Below, piece after piece: positions 25,454 through 25,922 of a stretch of 25,922 bases of DNA; positions within the stretch are counted from its first letter, which is position 1, and each line of letters begins with the position of its first letter. The notes beneath the pieces were generated by a model, which was given only the letters and a program-made list of their open reading frames with translations, did not search any database and was not told where the DNA came from. This stretch comes from a virus. Its lineage: Duplodnaviria; Caudoviricetes. Both the position numbers and the translations under genes were made by a program. Where the stretch lies: the IMG/VR virus record IMGVR_UViG_3300027533_000082, positions 1-25,922 of that record, one strand, 5' to 3'.

Positions 25454-25922
25454 CCATCTCCAATACCGATACCGCAGTTAGCTACACCGGCAACAGTGTA
25501 ACGACTGTATTCGACTTCGACTTCAACATTCCACTGGCCGCGGACGCCACGGTTACGCTGTTCGACAGCACCGACGACTCCACGGTCACGCTCGATCCAG
25601 CGGATTATACGATCACTGGACTGGGAGTGGACGCTGGCGGGAGTGTGACGTACCCGCTTGTCGGCTCACCGATACCGGCCACGCAGATCATCACGATCAT
25701 GCGGGTGCTGGACATTGTGCAGGAGACGGACCTTGCCAATCAGGCGGGGTTCTACCCTGAGGCCATCACGGATGCGCTGGATTATCTCACGATGGTTTGC
25801 CAGCAGCAACAGACGGATATAGATAACTGTCTGGCGTTTCCGTTAGGGTCCACAACGTCGGCGGCGGACTTGATCGCGGCGATCCTGAATGGTGAGGCCA
25901 ACGCCGATGCTGCGGAGGCTGC
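25450..25922 (+). CDS. Tail fibre/tailspike N-terminus (T7 gp17-like adaptor), truncated by the window end; not in the ORF track
   Basis: ATGA overlap with the upstream gene; MTISNTDTAVSYTGNSVTTVFDFDF..DYTITG..GGSVTYP..QETDLANQAGFYPEAITDALDYLTMVCQQ; frame open to the window edge. Confidence 0.88.
   Translation, partial: MTISNTDTAVSYTGNSVTTVFDFDFNIPLAADATVTLFDSTDDSTVTLDPADYTITGLGVDAGGSVTYPLVGSPIPATQIITIMRVLDIVQETDLANQAGFYPEAITDALDYLTMVCQQQQTDIDNCLAFPLGSTTSAADLIAAILNGEANADAAEA

Noticed and set aside
25450-25922. Diversity-generating retroelement as in BPP-1
   Set aside because: No reverse transcriptase or TR/VR repeat pair seen; the fibre C-terminus is outside the window, so this cannot be assessed.
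1-25922. CRISPR arrays, tRNA/rRNA, integrase/att sites, stop-codon recoding, T7-type RNAP promoters
   Set aside because: None recognised by eye; genes are intact in the standard code, and no repeated promoter-length motif precedes the genes.

Overview
The window is the packaging and virion-morphogenesis module of a podovirus-type tailed dsDNA phage or prophage. Gene order and protein motifs resemble BPP-1/epsilon15/T7-like structural sets; an alphaproteobacterial host is plausible but is only inferred. One leftward hypothetical gene (140-598) is followed by a palindrome-rich divergent control/packaging region (~600-1098). A long, tightly translationally coupled rightward operon then runs: putative TerS, a 41-aa membrane peptide, TerL, a gp7.3-like peptide, portal, a GT2-type glycosyltransferase, a Bbp19-like protein, scaffold, major capsid, cement protein, terminator, four accessory genes (including a signal-peptide protein and a glycine-rich fibre), tail adaptor, tail nozzle, a GNAT/gp13-like protein, three internal (ejection) proteins and a T7 gp17-like tail fibre cut by the window end. 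The most unusual signals are in the ejection proteins. (i) A ~500-aa cell-wall-enzyme block (L,D-transpeptidase/Tlde1-like plus lytic transglycosylase) is bracketed by two copies of a 14-aa motif conserved in protein but diverged at synonymous sites. (ii) A low-GC ADP-ribosyltransferase-like domain is inserted in-frame into the 1911-aa protein. All family calls come from motif recognition by eye and were not confirmed by searches.
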